Source: an uncultured Candidatus Saccharibacteria bacterium (GTDB lineage Bacteria > Patescibacteriota > Minisyncoccia > Phycocordibacterales > UBA5272). Taken from it: a DNA stretch of 58,886 nt. The notes beneath the pieces are model-generated. The model was not told the origin of the DNA, made no database searches, and was given only the letters and a program-made list of their open reading frames with translations. Numbering within the stretch: the stretch's first letter is position 1; each line of letters starts with the position of its first letter. The position numbers and the translations under genes are program-made. Location of the stretch: assembly GCA_964635125.1 (NCBI GenBank), contig CAZWMQ010000001.1, forward strand, positions 150,386 through 209,271. Direction: 5' to 3'. Positions 54,251-58,886 of this stretch are shown piece after piece.

Positions 54251-55711
54251 ATGTCATCTTTAGCTGAAATTAAAGAAGAAAGATTAAAGAAATTACAAAG
54301 ATTAATTTCTGATGGAATTGATCCATATCCAGCCCATTCGGAGAGGTCCTCTAATATTAAAGATTATCTTAATGATTTTGAAAATATTAATGAAGCTATT
54401 TTAACTGGAAGAATTATTTCCTCACGAGGTCAGGGGAATTTAATTTTCTTTGATATTTTTGATGGTTCGGGAATCTCAAAAGATGAAAGCAAAGTTCAAG
54501 CCATAATTAAGAATCCCGAGTCAGATCAGAAAGTTTTTGATTATTATAATAATTATTTAGATATTGGTGATATTGTCGAGGTGAAAGGTGAGAAATTATT
54601 ATCTAAAACTGGACAGAAAAGCATATTAGTCAAAGAAATTAAAATATTGTCTAAAGCCTTACTACCATTGCCGGACAAATATCATGGCTTACAAGATGAA
54701 GAATTGAAGATACGATATAGATATTTAGATATTTTAACTAATGAAGAGCTTAGAGAATTATTTTTTAAGAAAGCTAAGTTCTGGAAAGTAGTTAGGGAAT
54801 ATTTAAATGATAAAGGAATGTTAGAAGTTGAAACTCCAACTTTAGAAGTGACGACTGGTGGAGCCGAAGCTAGACCTTTCAAGACTCATCATAATGATTT
54901 TGATATGGAAATGTATTTACGAATCTCAGTTGGAGAATTGTGACAGAAGAGATTAATGGCGGCAGGGTACAACGGCACTTATGAGATTGGGCGAGCTTAT
55001 CGTAATGAAGGGTCATCTCCTGAGCATCTTCAAGAATTTACGAATTGTGAATTTTATATGCCATATAAGGATTATAAAGATGGGATGAAAGTAGTCAAAG
55101 ATTTATATATTAAATTAGCCAGAGATGTCTTTGGGAAAACTGAGTTCACTAATAAAGGATTTACTTTTGATTTAGATGGTGATTGAGTTGAGATTGATTA
55201 TGCAAGCGAGATTAAGAAACAAACTGGGATTGATATTTGAGAATCTAATAATGATGATATTAAAAATAAATTAACTGAGTTAAAGGTAAAATACGATGGT
55301 AATAATCGCGAGAGATTGCTTGATACACTTTGGAAATATTGTAGGAAAAGTATTGCTGGACCAGCTTTTCTAATTAATCCACCCTTAATTGTGGCACCAC
55401 TGGCTAAACCCAATCCAGATGGTAAAACGGCTCAGATGTTTCAACCGATCTTAGCTGGATCTGAAATTGGGCGAGGATATAGTGAATTAAATAATCCGAT
55501 CATCCAGAAAGACAACTTTACCAAGCAACAAGAGTTATTAGCCGGAGGGGACGAAGAAGCCATGATGAGCGATGATGACTTTATTGAGATGCTTGAGCAT
55601 GCTATGCCACCAACTTGTGGATTCGGATTTGGGGATAGATTATTTGCCTTTTTAGCTGGATTACCACTAAGAGAAACTATAATGTTCCCGCTAATTAAAG
55701 AGAAAAAATAA
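54251..55711 (+). CDS. lysS: Lysyl-tRNA synthetase (class II)
   Basis: GGAEARPFKTHHN, LRISVGEL(W)QKRL, YRNEG, PPTCGFGFGDR; TGA 54941-43, 55184-86, 55238-40. Confidence 0.96.
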
Positions 55712-55736
55712 AACCACTTTATTGTTAAAGTGGTTT
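55711..55736. terminator. Bidirectional intrinsic terminator
   Basis: AAACCACTTTA/TAAAGTGGTTT. Confidence 0.7.
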
Positions 55737-55754
55737 TCCTAAAGGAGAGTTTTT

Positions 55755-56060
55755 TTATTTATTTTTTTTAGCAAATGATTTTTTCAAATCCAGCGTGTTC
55801 TTGATCAGAGCTATTATTCTTTCAAAGAAAAAGCTATCATCTTCTGAAAGAATAGCATTATTAAGAGCTATTTTGAGATCAAATAATTTTTCAAGATCAT
55901 TTTCTTCATAAATTTTTACTCGGATCTTTCGTACAATTTGTTCTCTACCATTTAGATAGGAGACAAACAAAGCCTCTACTGCTTTTTTAGTTGGATCAGA
56001 AGAATTTTTCTTTTCATTTTTTTTAGCTTCGTTTTCGAAGTCTTTTACACTTAATGACAT
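55755..56060 (-). CDS. Hypothetical protein
   Basis: 101-aa open frame converging on lysS terminator; no motif recognised. Confidence 0.5.
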   Translation of the reverse strand: MSLSVKDFENEAKKNEKKNSSDPTKKAVEALFVSYLNGREQIVRKIRVKIYEENDLEKLFDLKIALNNAILSEDDSFFFERIIALIKNTLDLKKSFAKKNK

Positions 56061-56230
56061 TTTTAAAATTTTTAAAGGTTCACCTAAACAAAGTTGTTTA
56101 GGTTTATAATATATAATAATTATTATAATTTGTCAATTTTATTTAAAAAAGCACTATTTTATAAACATATATTAAAGATTATACTTTTTCCACAGCCTTT
56201 GAGCTGTTTTTTATTGTCATATTTTTCTTA

Positions 56231-56265
56231 GTGGTATATAATGGGAATAGGTGGGATATTGTGGG
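56231..56265 (+). promoter_or_regulatory. Putative MraZ operator: four (G/A)TGG boxes at 10-bp period
   Basis: GTGG 56231, ATGG 56241, GTGG 56251, GTGG 56261 directly upstream of mraZ. Confidence 0.75.
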
Positions 56266-56287
56266 AGATATCTGACCGGTATTATTT

Positions 56288-56722
56288 ATGCTTATTGGAC
56301 ACTATCAACATAATTTAGATGATAAAAAAAGAATTTCTATACCAAGTAAATGGAGAAGAGATCTTGGGAAGAAAGTCATTGTGACTAGTGGTCTTGATAA
56401 GTCGCTCTTTGTATTTTCATTAAAAGAATGGATTAAGATTAGTGATAGATTATCAGAATTATCAATTACTAATCCGGATTCTCGAAGCTTTGCTAGATTT
56501 ATGTTGGCGAATGCTTTTGAAGTTGATTTAGATTCCGTGGGAAGAATCTTAATTACAGATACATTGAAAACTTTCGCTAATATCAGTAAGAAAGTTATAT
56601 CAGTTGGTATGCATTCAAGAGTTGAGCTTTGGGCGGAGGAAGAATGGGAGAAATATTCTAAAAATAATAATCAACAAGCTGATCAAATAGCCAGTCGATT
56701 ATCCGAGCTTGGAATATTTTAA
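56288..56722 (+). CDS. mraZ: Division/cell-wall cluster repressor MraZ
   Basis: MLIGHYQHNLDDKKRISIP, DSVGRILI, GMHSRVELW. Confidence 0.96.
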   Translation: MLIGHYQHNLDDKKRISIPSKWRRDLGKKVIVTSGLDKSLFVFSLKEWIKISDRLSELSITNPDSRSFARFMLANAFEVDLDSVGRILITDTLKTFANISKKVISVGMHSRVELWAEEEWEKYSKNNNQQADQIASRLSELGIF

Positions 56723-56726
56723 AAAT

Positions 56727-57650
56727 ATGTCTAAACATATTCCAATCTTGCTCGCTGAAACTATTGCTAATTTAAATTTAGAATCTAACGATATAGTCGT
56801 CGATTGTACTACCAATCGTGGAGGACATGCTTTAGAAATAGCTAAAATAATTGGTCCGAGCGGGATTTTAATCTGTCTTGATCTTGATAATCAAGCTCTT
56901 AATGAAGCTAAGATTAATCTAGAAAAAAATATTTCTAAAGATAAATTGCCAAAGATTTATTTTATAAATGATAATTTTCGAAATATTATTAAGATATTAG
57001 AAAATTTAAAAATAAAAGAAATCGATGGACTATTAGCTGATCTTGGAGTATCGTCTCAAGAAATTGATATTTCGGGGCGAGGATTTACTTTTCGAAAAGA
57101 TGAGCCATTATTAATGACTTTAAAAGATAAGTTAAACAATGATGATTTAACTGCTGAGAAGATTCTTAATAATTGAGAAGAAGATAACATAGCCGATATA
57201 ATTTATTATTATGGAGATGAGAGATATGCTAAGCGAATTGCTAAGCATATAATTGACGCTCGTAAAGTTAAACCAATCAAGACAACATCTCAATTAGTAG
57301 AAATTATTAAAAGCTCTGTCCCAGTAAATTATCAAAAAGGGAAAATCCATTTCGCAACTCGTACTTTCCAAGCTTTAAGAATTGCGGTGAATGACGAATT
57401 AAGAAGCGAGGAAGAGCTGATTAGATCTTTACTAGATATATTAAAAAGTGAAAGTAGGGCCAGCTTTCTAACTTTCCACTCGGGTGAAGATAGAGTTTTA
57501 AAAAGAGTAGTTAAAGAATATAAAGATAAATTAAAGTTAGTAAAATTTTCAAATAAGAAGGATTTTCTCGAGCCAAGTAGAGAAGAAATTAAAAATAATC
57601 CAAGATCACGAAGTAGCAAACTTCGCCTCATCCAAAAATATAGTTCTTAA
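56727..57650 (+). CDS. rsmH: 16S rRNA m4C1402 methyltransferase RsmH
   Basis: HIPILL, DLGVSS, RGFTF, HFATRTFQALRIAVNDE, FHSGEDR, NPRSRSSKLR; TGA 57174-76. Confidence 0.96.
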
Positions 57651-57657
57651 CATCAAT

Positions 57658-58056
57658 ATGAATAATTTATTAGAAAAAACAAATAAAAAAAATGATCAAA
57701 GTCGAAGTATTTTTTTACATACTTTTAAAAATTTCTCTACCACTTCTTCAAGGACTTCTTTTAAAATTCAGATCAATATAGCTTTATTTATAATTTTAAT
57801 GTTCTTAATCGTTGGATATATTGTTGTAGAATTTTTAATTGTTTTTAATATTATACAAAATAAGAGTGAAATTTCTTTAAGAAATGATCTAGATATAAAA
57901 TCCGCTAAGATCGAGAAATCTTATAATCAGAAAATAGCATCTTTGACACTAGATTATGCTTTGGCTAATGGTTTTGTAAAGGTTGGTATAGATCATTTTG
58001 CTAATCGTTTAGATGATGCTTCTAGCTTATCTTTATTATATGATGGAGAACGATAA
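57658..58056 (+). CDS. FtsL-like single-TM protein
   Basis: Position between rsmH and PBP gene; TM plus short coiled coil. Confidence 0.5.
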   Translation: MNNLLEKTNKKNDQSRSIFLHTFKNFSTTSSRTSFKIQINIALFIILMFLIVGYIVVEFLIVFNIIQNKSEISLRNDLDIKSAKIEKSYNQKIASLTLDYALANGFVKVGIDHFANRLDDASSLSLLYDGER

Positions 58057-58886
58057 AACTTCTAATCCACAATATAAGGAGGGCCTAAATAAGAGAATTA
58101 ATATCTTTATAGCAGTGAGTGTCTTTATCTCATTAATAATTATTGGAAGACTTTTTTATTTACAAATAATACAAGGAACTAATTGGAGGCAAGTTGGAGA
58201 GGATCAGTATTTTAAAGAATTAGGTGATAATTTTGATAGAGGGGGAATTTATTTTGATAATAAAAATAATACGATTTCACCGGCAGTTGAGATGTTTAAT
58301 AAATATGATTTAGCAATCGACCCTGAAACTTTGAAGTCGAATTTTAACAATAAACTTGAGAAAGATAATTCTAAGACTTTGACGGAATTACAGGATGATT
58401 TATATAATGGATTGCAAAATGCTTTTATTAAGTATTCTAAGAAGAATAATGAAGTGGATGGAAATGTAAGTTCCAGTAGTCTTAATTTTATAGATAAGGA
58501 TACTTTTCAAAATAAATTAAATAAAGAAGATTCAGCTTATGAAGTATTAATGGTTGATATACCAGAAGAAATAGCCGAGCAAATTGAATCTTTAAATTAT
58601 CGAGGGGTTATTGTTCAAACTAAAAAAAGCCGTGTTTATTATGAGAAAAGTATCGGAGCTAAGGTGTTAGGATTCGTCGGGTCTTTAGGTAATATTAAGA
58701 CTGGATTATATGGTCTAGAAAAATTTTACAATGATGTTTTAGAAAAAAGTGGAGTTAGTAATTCAAATTTTTTTGCTGAAGTTTTTTCTGATTTAAATCT
58801 AAGCTTGGATCAATTAAAAGAAAAAAGTTATTTAAATAATACGAAGAAAGAAGGTGATTTAAATCTAACTATAGATACTAATGTTG
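58043..58886 (+). CDS. Penicillin-binding protein (FtsI-like), 3'-truncated by window
   Basis: TM, GRLFYLQII, RGGIYFD, RVY, KVLGFVG, YGLEKFYNDVL; dcw synteny. Confidence 0.8.
   Translation, partial: MENDKTSNPQYKEGLNKRINIFIAVSVFISLIIIGRLFYLQIIQGTNWRQVGEDQYFKELGDNFDRGGIYFDNKNNTISPAVEMFNKYDLAIDPETLKSNFNNKLEKDNSKTLTELQDDLYNGLQNAFIKYSKKNNEVDGNVSSSSLNFIDKDTFQNKLNKEDSAYEVLMVDIPEEIAEQIESLNYRGVIVQTKKSRVYYEKSIGAKVLGFVGSLGNIKTGLYGLEKFYNDVLEKSGVSNSNFFAEVFSDLNLSLDQLKEKSYLNNTKKEGDLNLTIDTNV

Noticed and set aside
44745-57631. Antisense track ORFs opposite mreB, proS, pbp2, lysS and rsmH
   Set aside because: Shadow frames of well-supported genes with no motifs
2245-57650. Many split genes interpreted as pseudogenes, frameshifts or sequencing errors
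   Set aside because: All breaks are single in-frame TGA codons with no frame change, at Trp positions, including essential genes (valS, lysS, proS, tsaD)
1-58886. tRNA-Trp(UCA), prfB or rRNA genes
   Set aside because: Only five tRNAs found (Val, Glu, Ser, Phe, Arg); the decoding machinery cannot be assessed from this window

Overview
Very AT-rich bacterial chromosome segment. Its reduced housekeeping-only gene set, short ValRS/ProRS, CCA-less tRNAs and protein motifs point to Patescibacteria (CPR), most likely Parcubacteria/Paceibacteria (inference). Main result: the supplied ORF track uses the wrong genetic code. About 55 in-frame TGA codons (manual count) fall at positions that are Trp in the families concerned (MsrA GCF*G, ValRS D*CISRQI*YGHRIPV*Y, M3 peptidase YYSYM*, DUF192 F*MK). 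No intact gene I checked ends in TGA, so UGA=Trp (table 4), not the UGA=Gly known from Gracilibacteria/Absconditabacteria. Re-reading restores about 23 full-length genes. A higher-GC 6.07-kb element (12183-18249) sits at the 3' end of tRNA-Glu(CTC). It carries a large serine recombinase, an XRE regulator and five tightly coupled zinc-ribbon genes. It has an unusual three-site att layout: a complete inverted attP-like junction in the middle puts both the cargo and the recombinase between long perfect inverted repeats. Also notable: a SET-domain methyltransferase next to an unannotated 24-aa Lys/Ala histone-H1-like peptide and HPF, and a 1466-aa mosaic surface protein with near-identical PKD repeats. 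The rest is core: secA, murF, tsaD, typA, lepA, valS, fmt/def, priA, two mreB, mreC-pbp2, proS, lysS, the start of the mraZ-rsmH dcw cluster and five tRNAs. All counts are by hand, and no database searches were possible.
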